In this document: positions 51,446 to 63,955 of the stretch, one piece after another | How positions within the stretch are numbered: position 1 is the first letter of the stretch | How the letters are laid out: every line of letters begins with the position of its first letter | DNA from: a bacterium | GTDB taxonomy: Bacteria; Patescibacteriota; Dojkabacteria; JAKAPS01; JAJZLI01 | Direction of reading: 5' to 3' | Length of the DNA stretch: 64,000 bases | Assembly: GCA_021791275.1 (NCBI GenBank) | Contig: JAJYWX010000007.1 | Coordinates: 4,918 to 68,917, forward strand | Translations under genes and position numbers: made by a program | Notes under the pieces: model-generated | Database searches by the model: none | Told to the model about the DNA's origin: nothing | What the model saw: only the letters and a program-made list of their open reading frames with translations

Positions 51446-52576
51446 GTGAGGAATTTTATGTTCAAAAATAGTAAAAAATATATAAGAGTAGGTTTGATTT
51501 CTACTTTGTCTTTTGCCTTGGTACTTACATTCTCTCCATTTTTGGAATTTTTTTCACTTCATGCAACAACTAATATTTCTCCTATAACAGATACTTTGTC
51601 TTCATCAGGTACAGGTACAAGTGGACCAGAGTCTGCAAGTGCTACTGGAGTTAGTCAAACAATACAATATACTGCACCTACAGCACTTGCTAGTGGATCC
51701 ACGATTGATTTATACATACAGACTGGATCAACTATTGGTGGAGGAGAGGCAACTACTGCATTTAGTGCTGTTACGGCAACTTCCTCATTTTCAGTTACAG
51801 CTGCAGGTACAACTGTCGCAACTTCTGCAGATGAGACAACAACAACTAATGCAACAGATTCAAATTTTTCAGGATATACATTTACAGAAATAGCAATAAC
51901 TACAACTGGGGCAATAGCATCGGGAAATGCTATTGTTATAAGTGGTATTACTGCAACTAATCCATCAACCCCTTCTTCTTCAACCAATCAGTATATTATA
52001 GATTTAACTGATTCTGGTGGAGATGATGGATATATGGCTGTTCCTATACTTACAAATAGTACAGTCACAGTAACTGGTAGGGTTACTCCAAGTATAACAT
52101 TGGCATTATCTTCTAATGCTACTAGTTTTGGTATTTTGCAAGTTGGTGTTGTTAATACTTCATCACCAGCAACAACTTTGACTTTATCAACAAATGCAAA
52201 AGATGGCGCATCAATAACAGTAAATGATACAGGTTCAGGTACAACTCCAGGTTTGTATAATTCTTTAGCTCCACATACAATTGCAAGTGCAACTGCAACT
52301 TTAGCAGCAGGTACAGAAGGATATGGTATAAATGCAGCTTTAACATCAACTGCAGGAAGTGGGGGTGTAGTAGGGTCTATGACTGTAAGTTCTCCATATA
52401 ATGGAACGGGAGATTCTGTTGGAGGATTAACATTAACTCCTACAACTTTAGCAACAACGACAACTCCAATTTATTTAGATACAGTACAAGTTAATTACCT
52501 TGCAGCTATTTCAGTTGTTACTCCTGCAGGTATTTATACTGATAATGTAACCTATCTTGCCACAGGTAATTTTTAA
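51446..52576 (+). CDS. Thr/Ser/Ala-rich WxL/Csu-like surface subunit (putative major fibre subunit)
   Basis: Signal; paralog of 48681-50507 without the insert; C-terminal TPAGIYTDNVTYLATGNF. Confidence 0.75.
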   Translation: MRNFMFKNSKKYIRVGLISTLSFALVLTFSPFLEFFSLHATTNISPITDTLSSSGTGTSGPESASATGVSQTIQYTAPTALASGSTIDLYIQTGSTIGGGEATTAFSAVTATSSFSVTAAGTTVATSADETTTTNATDSNFSGYTFTEIAITTTGAIASGNAIVISGITATNPSTPSSSTNQYIIDLTDSGGDDGYMAVPILTNSTVTVTGRVTPSITLALSSNATSFGILQVGVVNTSSPATTLTLSTNAKDGASITVNDTGSGTTPGLYNSLAPHTIASATATLAAGTEGYGINAALTSTAGSGGVVGSMTVSSPYNGTGDSVGGLTLTPTTLATTTTPIYLDTVQVNYLAAISVVTPAGIYTDNVTYLATGNF

Positions 52577-52584
52577 AAAATTAG

Positions 52585-53538
52585 ATGAAGAAAATTTTTG
52601 TAATATGTTTGGTAACACTGTCCATATCATTTTTAACTGTTAAAGTTTTTGCAGCTAGTAGGTTTGTTGGAAATCTCAACAGTTCAAATTCATCTAAAGA
52701 GGGGGTAACTCTTTCGGGTGTTACTATATCTCCTATTCTTTCTACAGTGTCTATAAATAAAGGTCAAACTTTGACAGAGAATGTATCTGCTTTTGATAAT
52801 AACTTGACCCCAATAAATGTACATGTAGTTTTTGCAAATTTCGTCTCTGCTAATGAATATGGACAGCCTAGGTTTGAAAAAATATTTAAATCTAATATAA
52901 ACGATGGAGATCTAACTGTTTCATCTCAGCCAAGTGTTCTCTTAAAGTCGAGAACGCCAACAAGTATCCCCATAACAATATCTGCAAAATCATACGCATT
53001 ACCTGGGGAATATTTCATTGGAGTTTTTGCTGATATATCGAAGTTCGTTCCAGGGAAGCAAGTTCAAGTTTTTGGAGCAGTAGGCTCTCTTTTTCTTATA
53101 AGGATAGCTGGAAATTCCAAAGAAACAGGGTTTATTAAATCTTTCTCAGCGAATAGTCCATTTTTCACATCTCTTCCTGTTAATTTTACTACAGATTTTG
53201 TTGACTCAGGCAATGTACATCTTATTCCAGAAGGAGAGATAGATATATATAATATGTTTGGTCAAAAGGTAAAAACAATAACTTTTAATCCCAATAACAA
53301 TATAGTTTTACCTGTAGGTGTAAATCAAAGAATTTTCTCAAATACTTGGAATTCAAATTCTTTACTTTTTGGACAATATACTGCAAGATTATTTCTAACA
53401 TATGGTTATAATAAGGTTACTACGGTTGAAGCAGATAGTACATTTTGGGTGGTTCCTTATTGGATTATAATAATAATTGTTCTTGTATTTATATTTATAT
53501 TATGGCAAATCATCGCAAGATTGCTCAGGCGATTCTAA
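52585..53538 (+). CDS. DUF916/WxL-interacting-like exported protein with C-terminal TM, partner 1
   Basis: VTISP, ALPGEYF, D.GNVHL.P.G, YNMFG, FWVVP-TM-RR. Confidence 0.7.
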   Translation: MKKIFVICLVTLSISFLTVKVFAASRFVGNLNSSNSSKEGVTLSGVTISPILSTVSINKGQTLTENVSAFDNNLTPINVHVVFANFVSANEYGQPRFEKIFKSNINDGDLTVSSQPSVLLKSRTPTSIPITISAKSYALPGEYFIGVFADISKFVPGKQVQVFGAVGSLFLIRIAGNSKETGFIKSFSANSPFFTSLPVNFTTDFVDSGNVHLIPEGEIDIYNMFGQKVKTITFNPNNNIVLPVGVNQRIFSNTWNSNSLLFGQYTARLFLTYGYNKVTTVEADSTFWVVPYWIIIIIVLVFIFILWQIIARLLRRF

Positions 53539-54257
53539 TATTTTTATTAGTTTTTTTTCTATTTGGAGTTAAATCTTTATATGCAACATCCGTGACTGTT
53601 GAGGGGTATACTCCTCTACTTTCAAATTGGGCTAATTTGATTTCTTACCATAGTACTATAGAAATAATTCCTCAAAATATTATATACGGCAAAAAGGCAA
53701 AAGTCATAGTTACGATTTATTCTTATGGTAAAAAAAATCCTCTAATAGATCAGAGGGTTGTATTATCTTCCCCTCAAGAGAGCAAAAAACTAAAAATTTT
53801 TCAGCCACAGAAACCAACAAATAAATATGGGAAAACTGTAGGATATATAGAATCGGATTATAATCAATCTCAGGTATATACTATTCTTGCTCTAGATACA
53901 ACCTATACAGAATATCCTATACTTATAAAGGAAAATGCCAATCTTAATTATGCACCAACGTCTAATTATCACTCATCCAATCCGCTGGGTTTTATCTCTA
54001 ATGCAAATTCACTGATAATATTTATAAATATTGTGATATTTCTAATTTTGCTTATTTCAATAAATTATCTTGTTTTTATAAAAAAAATAAAGGATGAGGG
54101 AAAGTTCAAAAATACTATTAGGTTTATAAGGGATTACCTTATATTGTATATAATATCTATCCTCATAACAGTGTTTGATTATAATATTTTTAACCTTATA
54201 ATAATTATACTTAGTGTTTTAATTTTAATTGAATATTTTCTATATATTTTATTGTAA
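53502..54257 (+). CDS. Exported Ig-like (Big_1-like) domain + 3 C-terminal TM
   Basis: AKVIVT..NPL.DQ.V.L...TNKYGK; ATG 53502 preferred over 53445. Confidence 0.55.
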   Translation: MANHRKIAQAILIFLLVFFLFGVKSLYATSVTVEGYTPLLSNWANLISYHSTIEIIPQNIIYGKKAKVIVTIYSYGKKNPLIDQRVVLSSPQESKKLKIFQPQKPTNKYGKTVGYIESDYNQSQVYTILALDTTYTEYPILIKENANLNYAPTSNYHSSNPLGFISNANSLIIFINIVIFLILLISINYLVFIKKIKDEGKFKNTIRFIRDYLILYIISILITVFDYNIFNLIIIILSVLILIEYFLYILL

Positions 54258-54308
54258 AAACTTATATATAATGCTAAATTATATATATAAAATTAATACA
54301 ATAAGTAT

Positions 54309-55091
54309 ATGATTCTAACCTATGCCCTAGCACTATTTATAATAGTACTTATTTTGCTTTTAATATTTATATTATTTTTTTTTAAAAAAGGTCTTAATAA
54401 TAAATCCACACCTTCAGAGCGAAAAGTAATATCTGTGATTGATGATGCCAATAAGAAAGCAGAAGATATTTTAGATCAAGCGAAATTTTCTTCAGATAGA
54501 ATAAACCAAATATATACTACTCTAAGTACGAAATTCGAAGAGGATATAAAAAAGCTTTATGAAGAGAAGTTAAAGCAGATAGAGAATAATATTAAAATAA
54601 AAGGTGATAGTATAGATAATATAAATACTCAATTTGTAAAGAATCTCGAAGAATCTGTTAATAATTTTAATACGAAATCAGATGATTTTAAAAAAATGTA
54701 TGACAAGGCATTAGCTGATTTCGAAAGGTCTTTAAATTTGCTTTTTCAAGATATATCAGAAAGAACACAAAATAATCTTTCAAATTTTTCAAAAATGAAC
54801 TTAGAGCTTTATGACAAAGATTTAGCTCAAATAGAGGAGAATACAACGAAGATAATATCCGATATGGTTGAACAAGAAAGAGCAAAATTCACATCGTTAT
54901 CAGACCAGATAAAGGAAGAATCTCAAAAAATGAGGGAAGAGCTTGTAAATTCTCTAAATAAAGATGCCGCAGTTGTAGTATCAAGAGTTGTTAAAGAAGT
55001 ACTAAATTTATCCTTAGATATGAATGACCAAGAAGAATATATTTTTGATACATTAAATAAACATATAGAAGAGATAAAAAATGGACTATAA
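54309..55091 (+). CDS. ATP synthase subunit b-like stator (long, 260 aa)
   Basis: N-terminal TM + coiled coil, C-terminal VVKEVL..LD..DQE; atpF position. Confidence 0.6.
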   Translation: MILTYALALFIIVLILLLIFILFFFKKGLNNKSTPSERKVISVIDDANKKAEDILDQAKFSSDRINQIYTTLSTKFEEDIKKLYEEKLKQIENNIKIKGDSIDNINTQFVKNLEESVNNFNTKSDDFKKMYDKALADFERSLNLLFQDISERTQNNLSNFSKMNLELYDKDLAQIEENTTKIISDMVEQERAKFTSLSDQIKEESQKMREELVNSLNKDAAVVVSRVVKEVLNLSLDMNDQEEYIFDTLNKHIEEIKNGL

Positions 55092-55572
55092 TCTACTTCA
55101 AAGAATAAATGATTATGAGGAATTAGAGATATTCTTGATATCTTTAAATAAATATTTAGAGGACCTCTATGAGTATTCATTAAAAGAGAAAAAAAATCTT
55201 AAATCTCAAGATATTGTTTCTACACTAAATCCTACATTGAAAGTTATAATAGAGTCTTTATATGGAGATGTTTTGACTGATGAGGGTAAAATGAAAGAAG
55301 TACAAATGAAGTTTTTAGATTTAAAAAATAGTATAAAGATTGTTACTTTGGTTTTTAATATAGAAGTGGATTCTGAATTTAAACTTAAATTAAAGGATTT
55401 CTTTTTGAAGAAAATTTCAAAAGATGTATTATTGAAATATAAAATAAATTCAGATATCGGTGGTGGGATTATTATACAAACGGACAAAAGTTATTTTGAT
55501 TTTTCATTTGATTCAATACTTCGAGATAAGAGGGATAATATTGTTGATATAATAAATAATGCTAAAGTTTAA
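55081..55572 (+). CDS. atpH: F1 delta/OSCP-like subunit
   Basis: C-terminal KINSDIGGGIII...DFS. Confidence 0.75.
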   Translation: MDYNLLQRINDYEELEIFLISLNKYLEDLYEYSLKEKKNLKSQDIVSTLNPTLKVIIESLYGDVLTDEGKMKEVQMKFLDLKNSIKIVTLVFNIEVDSEFKLKLKDFFLKKISKDVLLKYKINSDIGGGIIIQTDKSYFDFSFDSILRDKRDNIVDIINNAKV

Positions 55573-56968
55573 AGATCTTCTTCGTAGTGGAGTTACAATT
55601 GGAAAAGTTACATCTGTTAGTGGAATAACGTGTACAGTTAAGGGGCTTAAAAATTTAAAAGTTGGGGCTATACTTTTATTTGAATCTGACTCTATTGGTT
55701 TTGTTAAATCTATTAATGAGGAATTTGCACTAATTCTTATTCTTGAAGATAATGGTATGCTTCCCGGAGAGATAGTTCTGCTTTATAGAGATAGTCTTCA
55801 AATTCCTGTAGGGGATAATTTTCTAGGAAGAGTTATAAATATCCTAGGAGAACCACTAGATTCAATGAATATAGTTAAAGAAGAGCAGTACAGAGATATT
55901 TTTCATGAAGCTTATCCAATAATGAAAAGGGACGATATAAAGGAGCAAATAGAGACGGGTTTTATTCCAATTGATACACTCATTCCAATAGCCTTTGGTC
56001 AGAGAGAGGCTATATTAGGGGATAATAAGACGGGAAAAACTTCATTTGTGCTAGATTTAGTTAAAAATCAAAAAGACAAGGCAATAGTTGTATATGTAAT
56101 TATAGGGAAGAAATCAGATGAAGTCCTATCAACTATATCTTATTTAAGAGAAACGGGTGCTATGGAGTATACTGTTGTAATTGTGGCTCCATCAACATCT
56201 CTTCCTGTCATATCATATCTTGCACCATATGCCGGTTGTGCCATGGCTGAATATTTTTGGGAGAAACAAAGGAATACTATTATTGTATATGATGATCTTT
56301 CAGAGCATGCTAAAAGTTACAGAGAGTTATCATTACTTTCAAATGTATCTCCGGGAAGAGATTCCTACCCTTCAGACATATTTGCTCAACATGCACATCT
56401 TCTTGAGAGAGCAGGAAGAATTAAAGACAATAAAGGTTCCTTAACAGCTCTTCCAATAGTATCTGTTAGCAATAATGATCTTACTGGATATATCGCAACT
56501 AATATAATATCTATAACAGATGGACAGATCTTTTTTGATAAAGATTTATTTTTGAAAGGTAACAGGCCTTCAATTAATACAAGAATATCAATATCTCGTA
56601 TTGGAAAGAGAGTGCAAGATAAGTATATGCAAACCCTTGCAGACGATATTAATTTGGCATTGGTAAAATATACCCAGTCTGAGAGATTTTCACATTTTGG
56701 AACAAATCTTTCAGAAAGTTTACTGGAAGATTTATATATGGGAGAAAAGCTAAATACTTTATTTAACCAGAATATTGGAGAGACATATTCTTTATTTGAA
56801 CAGAGGGTTTTGGCAACACTACTTTTATATTATAAACTTCCGAATTTTCATGAAGGGGATATAAACTATATAAAAGAAAGAGTTAAGGAAATTGGCTATA
56901 TTAAAGATTTTACAAAAGATAATTTAAATGAGAGTTTAATTAAATATTTATTACCAAGGAATAAATAA
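55559..56968 (+). CDS. atpA: F1 alpha subunit (divergent, short)
   Basis: GQREAILGDNKTGKT, YDDLSEHA, PGRDSYP, LLERAG, TNIISITDGQ, SISRIG. Confidence 0.92.
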   Translation: MLKFKDLLRSGVTIGKVTSVSGITCTVKGLKNLKVGAILLFESDSIGFVKSINEEFALILILEDNGMLPGEIVLLYRDSLQIPVGDNFLGRVINILGEPLDSMNIVKEEQYRDIFHEAYPIMKRDDIKEQIETGFIPIDTLIPIAFGQREAILGDNKTGKTSFVLDLVKNQKDKAIVVYVIIGKKSDEVLSTISYLRETGAMEYTVVIVAPSTSLPVISYLAPYAGCAMAEYFWEKQRNTIIVYDDLSEHAKSYRELSLLSNVSPGRDSYPSDIFAQHAHLLERAGRIKDNKGSLTALPIVSVSNNDLTGYIATNIISITDGQIFFDKDLFLKGNRPSINTRISISRIGKRVQDKYMQTLADDINLALVKYTQSERFSHFGTNLSESLLEDLYMGEKLNTLFNQNIGETYSLFEQRVLATLLLYYKLPNFHEGDINYIKERVKEIGYIKDFTKDNLNESLIKYLLPRNK

Positions 56969-56971
56969 ATT

Positions 56972-59150
<2,179 letters not shown>

Positions 59151-59153
59151 AGT

Positions 59154-59411
59154 ATGGAAGATAATCTTTTTTATGTAAAAATTTTGTCTCTTTCTGGTGA
59201 AATTTTCTCAGGGGAGGTGTATTCATTATCTGCTAAAAATTCAATGGGGAATTTTGATATACTAAAATATCATACTAACTTTATTACATTACTAGAGCCT
59301 GGTCAAATAAAATTTAGGATAAAAAATTTTAAAACATATTCAAAAGAAGATATAAAAAATGGATTTTTGATATTTGAAGATAATAAAGCCGAGGTTTTTA
59401 TTAATTTCTAA
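59154..59411 (+). CDS. atpC: F1 epsilon, N-terminal beta-sandwich only
   Basis: G.FDIL..H..FIT.L, GFL; 85 aa, no C-terminal helices. Confidence 0.8.
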   Translation: MEDNLFYVKILSLSGEIFSGEVYSLSAKNSMGNFDILKYHTNFITLLEPGQIKFRIKNFKTYSKEDIKNGFLIFEDNKAEVFINF

Positions 59412-60178
59412 AAAAGAGTTATTATATAACTTATAAGTATTCCAGCTATTACAATACCAATTGATATGGCAGCTACTTTATAAAAATTTCTTATTATTTC
59501 TGATTTATTCAGAGGATTTCTAGATGTGTTTTTTATTGTATTTCTGGCACTTCTTGCTATGATTGTCATAGCAAGAATAACTGATGCTATAAGTATAAAT
59601 ATTATTGAAACTAGTTGTGCAAGACTTAAGGTCTTTCTTATCTGAGGGTTTCCAATTGAATAGGCAAGAGGTGAAAAACTGTCTTCTCCAGTATTAACAT
59701 TTATATAGTTTATATCTATCAATACAGGTAGTTTTTCTATATATGTTCCATCATATTTTTTTGCACTGTTGATATTGAAGTTTGAAAGAGCCTTACCAAT
59801 GCTAACTCCCTTCCCTGCCAATTCCTCTCCTATTCCCGGTATATTTGAAGAAGTGATATAGTCTCCCTTTTGAATATTCCCATTTGAATTGGATACATAG
59901 GTATAAGCAATTCCTGATATTGCAATACTTACTTCTCCTGAGTAGGAGTTTTGGTTTGCTATTCCTGTAAATTGAGAGATATTATTATTGTTTGTGAGTC
60001 TTGCATAATTATTAATTACTGATATAAGCTCACCACTTTTTATATTTGCTTTGGTGTTATATTGAGAAGATACAGATTGGGCTGATATAGGATTTAAATG
60101 TGCTGTTAATATTAATAAAAATATTAGATTGGCAAAAAAAATGGTTAATTTAGCCTTAAGCTTGACAAAATCTGGCAT
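59408..60178 (-). CDS. Exported beta-domain + c-subunit-like TM hairpin (SRNPL), paralog 2
   Basis: GDYITSSNIPGIG; TM-TSRNPLN-TM; paralog of 50570-51358. Confidence 0.65.
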   Translation of the reverse strand: MPDFVKLKAKLTIFFANLIFLLILTAHLNPISAQSVSSQYNTKANIKSGELISVINNYARLTNNNNISQFTGIANQNSYSGEVSIAISGIAYTYVSNSNGNIQKGDYITSSNIPGIGEELAGKGVSIGKALSNFNINSAKKYDGTYIEKLPVLIDINYINVNTGEDSFSPLAYSIGNPQIRKTLSLAQLVSIIFILIASVILAMTIIARSARNTIKNTSRNPLNKSEIIRNFYKVAAISIGIVIAGILISYIITLF

Positions 60179-60222
60179 AAGAATAATAATTTACTAAAGT
60201 TTAATTTATCAATATCAGTATT

Positions 60223-60771
60223 ATGACTAATCTTTTTCATGATGTAAATCCAGGGGAAGAAGTCCCTAAAAAAATATTAATGGTTGTAGAAAATCCTTCA
60301 GGTTATAGAGGTAAGTTGGAATATAATAAAAAATTAGGGGCAATGTTTCTAGATAGAGTAAGTTATTCCGATTTAGTGTATCCTGTGGAGTATGGATTTA
60401 TTCCTCAAAGTTGGAATAAATATGATAATGATCCAATGGACATAATGTGTTTATCCTCTGTTCAGACATATCCTTCAGTTTTAATAAGTGTAAGAGTTTT
60501 GGGGATGTTAAAAATGGAAGATACAGGAGAGCTTGATCATAAAATTTTTGGAGTACCAGAGGATGATCCAATTTATAATAGTGTCGATTCATTAGATGAG
60601 ATTAATGAGCATGTCATAAAAAGGATAGAATTCTACTTTGAAAATTATAAAAAACTCATGAAAAATAAGGAAGTAAAAATATTGGGGTGGGAAGGAAAAG
60701 ATGAGGCATATAGATTTATAGAAGAAACTATATTAGAATATCAAAAGAAGTTTAAAAAGGGGGGTGAGTAA
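60223..60771 (+). CDS. ppa: Inorganic pyrophosphatase (family I)
   Basis: LDR, YP..YGFIP, DNDPMD, D.K, F.NYK. Confidence 0.93.
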   Translation: MTNLFHDVNPGEEVPKKILMVVENPSGYRGKLEYNKKLGAMFLDRVSYSDLVYPVEYGFIPQSWNKYDNDPMDIMCLSSVQTYPSVLISVRVLGMLKMEDTGELDHKIFGVPEDDPIYNSVDSLDEINEHVIKRIEFYFENYKKLMKNKEVKILGWEGKDEAYRFIEETILEYQKKFKKGGE

Positions 60772-60773
60772 AC

Positions 60774-60962
60774 TTGAAAGATTCTAAAAATGTTCAAAAA
60801 GTATTCTTTTATCTAGGAGTAATATGTGTTATATTGGCAGCTTTAGGTGGATTATCTTATGGCTTAAGATTTTTACTTAAACCTAGTGATTGGATTTTAG
60901 TTGCAATAGTATTTATGTTGCTATCCTTGGATGCAAAGAGTGGTAGTACATTTATGAAATAA
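60774..60962 (+). CDS. Small 2-TM protein
   Basis: 62 aa; G-rich SD-like run upstream. Confidence 0.5.
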   Translation: MKDSKNVQKVFFYLGVICVILAALGGLSYGLRFLLKPSDWILVAIVFMLLSLDAKSGSTFMK

Positions 60963-60971
60963 AGGTTTTTT

Positions 60972-61973
60972 ATGAATAGTATTTTGAAAAATAGAAATAT
61001 TTTATTGGTTCTTTTTGCAATAATTTTTCTATTTTTATTCTTCTTTGCTTTTGGATTTGGGATATATTCTGTTTTATTAGGAATTCTTTTTCTGATTTTC
61101 ATAGTAACCTTTATTTTTATCTTAAATAGGTATTCTCAAGATATTAGAAAGGTTGAAGAATTAAACCAAAAACTATCTGAGAATGACTACGCTTTTTCTC
61201 CGGTTTTTTCAAGTAAGACTTTTATAGATCTTGGAAAGAATATAGATAATCTAAAAGGGAAAATATCTCTTTCTAAGCAAGATATATCTTCAATGGATAA
61301 AATGAAAGAAGATTTTATATATCTTGTATCTCATAATCTTAGAACTCCAATCGTAACATTATTCGGTTATTTAGATATCCTAAATTCCAGCAAAAATTTA
61401 TCTGAAGATGATAAAAATATTTTACTCAGAATACATACATCATTAACAGATCTTAATAAGATAGTTGAACAAACATTATCTTTAGTTTACTTAGAATCTC
61501 CAGATTTTAAATTAAATATAGAAAGATTTAATTTAAATAGTTTTGTAAAAGATACAATAGAGGATTCTGCTAAAGGTAAGGATGTTTCTTTGGGGTTTTC
61601 TTTGTCTGATGATATAGGGGAAGTAGAGTCAGATAAAAGTATTATAGAAAAATCTATTGTAAATATAATTGATAATTCATTGAAATTTAATCATCAGGGT
61701 GGGCTGATATCTACTGCAACTTATAAAGAAGGTAATTTTTATGTTATAAAAATTTCAGATACGGGAATTGGAATATCTCAAAAAGATATAGAAGATATAT
61801 TTAAACCTTTTGTAAGGAAAACTAGTGTTTTAGATTATAATTATGAGGGGCTTGGACTTGGACTTTATACTGTTAAAGTAGCATTAGATAAAATTAAAGG
61901 AGATATAAAAGTAAACTCTATTCCTAATAAAGGTTCTGATTTTTTGATATATATTCCCGAAAAAATTAGATAA
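60972..61973 (+). CDS. Sensor histidine kinase
   Basis: SHNLRTP, NSLKF, DTGIGI, GLGLGL. Confidence 0.9.
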   Translation: MNSILKNRNILLVLFAIIFLFLFFFAFGFGIYSVLLGILFLIFIVTFIFILNRYSQDIRKVEELNQKLSENDYAFSPVFSSKTFIDLGKNIDNLKGKISLSKQDISSMDKMKEDFIYLVSHNLRTPIVTLFGYLDILNSSKNLSEDDKNILLRIHTSLTDLNKIVEQTLSLVYLESPDFKLNIERFNLNSFVKDTIEDSAKGKDVSLGFSLSDDIGEVESDKSIIEKSIVNIIDNSLKFNHQGGLISTATYKEGNFYVIKISDTGIGISQKDIEDIFKPFVRKTSVLDYNYEGLGLGLYTVKVALDKIKGDIKVNSIPNKGSDFLIYIPEKIR

Positions 61974-62038
61974 AAAAGTTGTTGACTTTTGCTAAAAATT
62001 GTTTTAATCTATGGATAGATTAAATTTATAAAAAGATT

Positions 62039-62542
62039 ATGAGTGAAGTTGTAACAAATTTTTCCAAGTATTCTGATAAAGATCCAAGTTCATTTGATAA
62101 AATGTCTGGATCTAATAATAAAATAATTGCAATAGTGGTAATTATAGTTGTTGTAGTAGTTATACTTTATTATATTTTCAGTACATATTTCTCTAGTGGA
62201 TATTATAATTCTTTTATGTCAATGAGTGGGGCTTCTGGCTATCAAGCAGTAGTTTTAAATGATTCTAATTTAAATATATATTTTGGAAAAATTGTTGGAA
62301 GAACCTCAAGATCAATTTATTTAACAAATGTTTTTTATCTTAAAGCTAATAGTACTACAGGAAGTAAAAACTCTAGTTCTTCTCCTCAATACTCATTAGT
62401 TCATCTTACTCCTACATATTCTTATGGTGCTTTAGATGAAATGCAAATAAATGAGTCAAATGTTCTATTTGTAGAGAATTTATCTTCAAAATCTACGGTA
62501 TATTCTGCAATTCTTAACTATTATAAAACTCATAAGAACTAA
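62039..62542 (+). CDS. Single-TM protein of a family recalled from CPR genomes (YQAV.L...YFGK)
   Basis: YQAVVL..IYFGK..LTNVFYL..IN...VLFVENL. Confidence 0.6.
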   Translation: MSEVVTNFSKYSDKDPSSFDKMSGSNNKIIAIVVIIVVVVVILYYIFSTYFSSGYYNSFMSMSGASGYQAVVLNDSNLNIYFGKIVGRTSRSIYLTNVFYLKANSTTGSKNSSSSPQYSLVHLTPTYSYGALDEMQINESNVLFVENLSSKSTVYSAILNYYKTHKN

Positions 62543-62544
62543 AT

Positions 62545-63207
62545 ATGAGAATAAAACATACTTTAGAAAATCCTCTAGATAGTAAATTAGAGGTCAATTG
62601 GTTTAAAGTCGTCTGGTTTGTAGGCTTTGCTGCGATAATTTTATCTTTAGGGCTTGTTATTGGGGCATCACTTGGGAGTCCATATCAACCGACATATATT
62701 ACTCCTGCAGTAAAATCAGTGTCGTTTAACTCTTTTAGCCAAAATAAAAGTAAAGATGGAGTATTAAATTTAGGGTTAACGGGATCTAACCTTAATCAAT
62801 ATGGACCATATTCAACTATCAGTATATCTCTTTCAAGCGTAGAAGTTGAAAATTCTAAGAATCATTGGGTTGCAATTCCAGTAAAGAATAACTTGGTGGA
62901 GTTATCAAGCTATATTAGTACACCTAATCAAACTAATATATATTATTTATCAAAAGTTAATCTTCCTTATGGTAAATATCTAGGAATTAAGCTTTATTTT
63001 AGTGATGTAAATTTCACATTAAGTAATGGACAAAATATAAATATACCCCTATATAATACTCGGGTAAATATACCAAAAAAATTTGATATCATATCATCAA
63101 AAAATACATATATTGCACCGGTGTTTAACCTTGGAAGTATGGTAGAAAGTATTGGAGGAGAATATAGTTTTTCTCCTAATATATTGCAAACTAATCTAGA
63201 TTATTAG
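62545..63207 (+). CDS. DUF4382-like membrane-anchored protein
   Basis: SVEV...W...LPYGKY.GIKL...FN. Confidence 0.55.
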   Translation: MRIKHTLENPLDSKLEVNWFKVVWFVGFAAIILSLGLVIGASLGSPYQPTYITPAVKSVSFNSFSQNKSKDGVLNLGLTGSNLNQYGPYSTISISLSSVEVENSKNHWVAIPVKNNLVELSSYISTPNQTNIYYLSKVNLPYGKYLGIKLYFSDVNFTLSNGQNINIPLYNTRVNIPKKFDIISSKNTYIAPVFNLGSMVESIGGEYSFSPNILQTNLDY

Positions 63208-63213
63208 GATCTG

Positions 63214-63747
63214 TTATCTACAGGTCCAAGCGTCAAGTCCACCTTCAGATATTTTTAGTGCCATAGCATATATTTGTGCCTGTGCATTCCATATACCTCC
63301 AGAACTATATATATTCCAAGATCCATAGAACGTAGATGGCATAAATTGTGCTATTCCTGATGCACCTGATGGGTTCTGGGCGTAAGGGTTATACCCACTC
63401 TCACATGCTATTATACTATTCATTAATGCAGCACTCACACCATATTTAGCCGAAGCAGCATTAATAATGCTTTGATATGAATTATTATTTGTACTTACAA
63501 CTGCCGGAGCAATATAAGTATAACTTCTATATACCACAGTAGATGAACTTATATTTTCACTTACTGTTGGTAATTTTTTCACCCTTGTTGTTAAAACTAT
63601 ATTCTTACCTTTAAAATAACTTGCTACAACAGTACTATGAGGAATTTGATTCTTCGATAGGGCTGGTTTTGTAATTATTAATAAAGGAAAAATTAGGAAA
63701 GCAGTAACAAGCATTAAGCTTGCGGAAAGTTTTCCAATTGTATTCAT
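63214..63747 (-). CDS. SLT/Rpf-like lytic transglycosylase
   Basis: AASAKYGV, IIACESG, SGASGIAQF, W.C. Confidence 0.88.
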   Translation of the reverse strand: MNTIGKLSASLMLVTAFLIFPLLIITKPALSKNQIPHSTVVASYFKGKNIVLTTRVKKLPTVSENISSSTVVYRSYTYIAPAVVSTNNNSYQSIINAASAKYGVSAALMNSIIACESGYNPYAQNPSGASGIAQFMPSTFYGSWNIYSSGGIWNAQAQIYAMALKISEGGLDAWTCR

Positions 63748-63910
63748 TAAGTGTATTGTAATTTAATATTAGCTCTTAACAAAAAAAATCTTCTTTGTTA
63801 AGAAGAAATAATAAGCACAAGGGTTATTGTAACATTTAAATGTATCCTAAGTCAAGTAATATGGGTATGTTGGGGTAAAAATTAAATCATTATATCCTTA
63901 GAAAAGGTTG

Positions 63911-63955
63911 GAGAGAGGGGGTTTTTGTGTTTTTCAACACATAGTCCCCTCTCTC
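63911..63955. terminator. Strong GC-rich hairpin
   Basis: GAGAGAGGGG/CCCCTCTCTC outer stem, TGTGTT/AACACA inner stem. Confidence 0.55.

Noticed and set aside
53502-54257. Subunit a (atpB) by position
   Set aside because: It has a signal, an Ig-like domain and only 3 short TMs, with no RLF.N motif.
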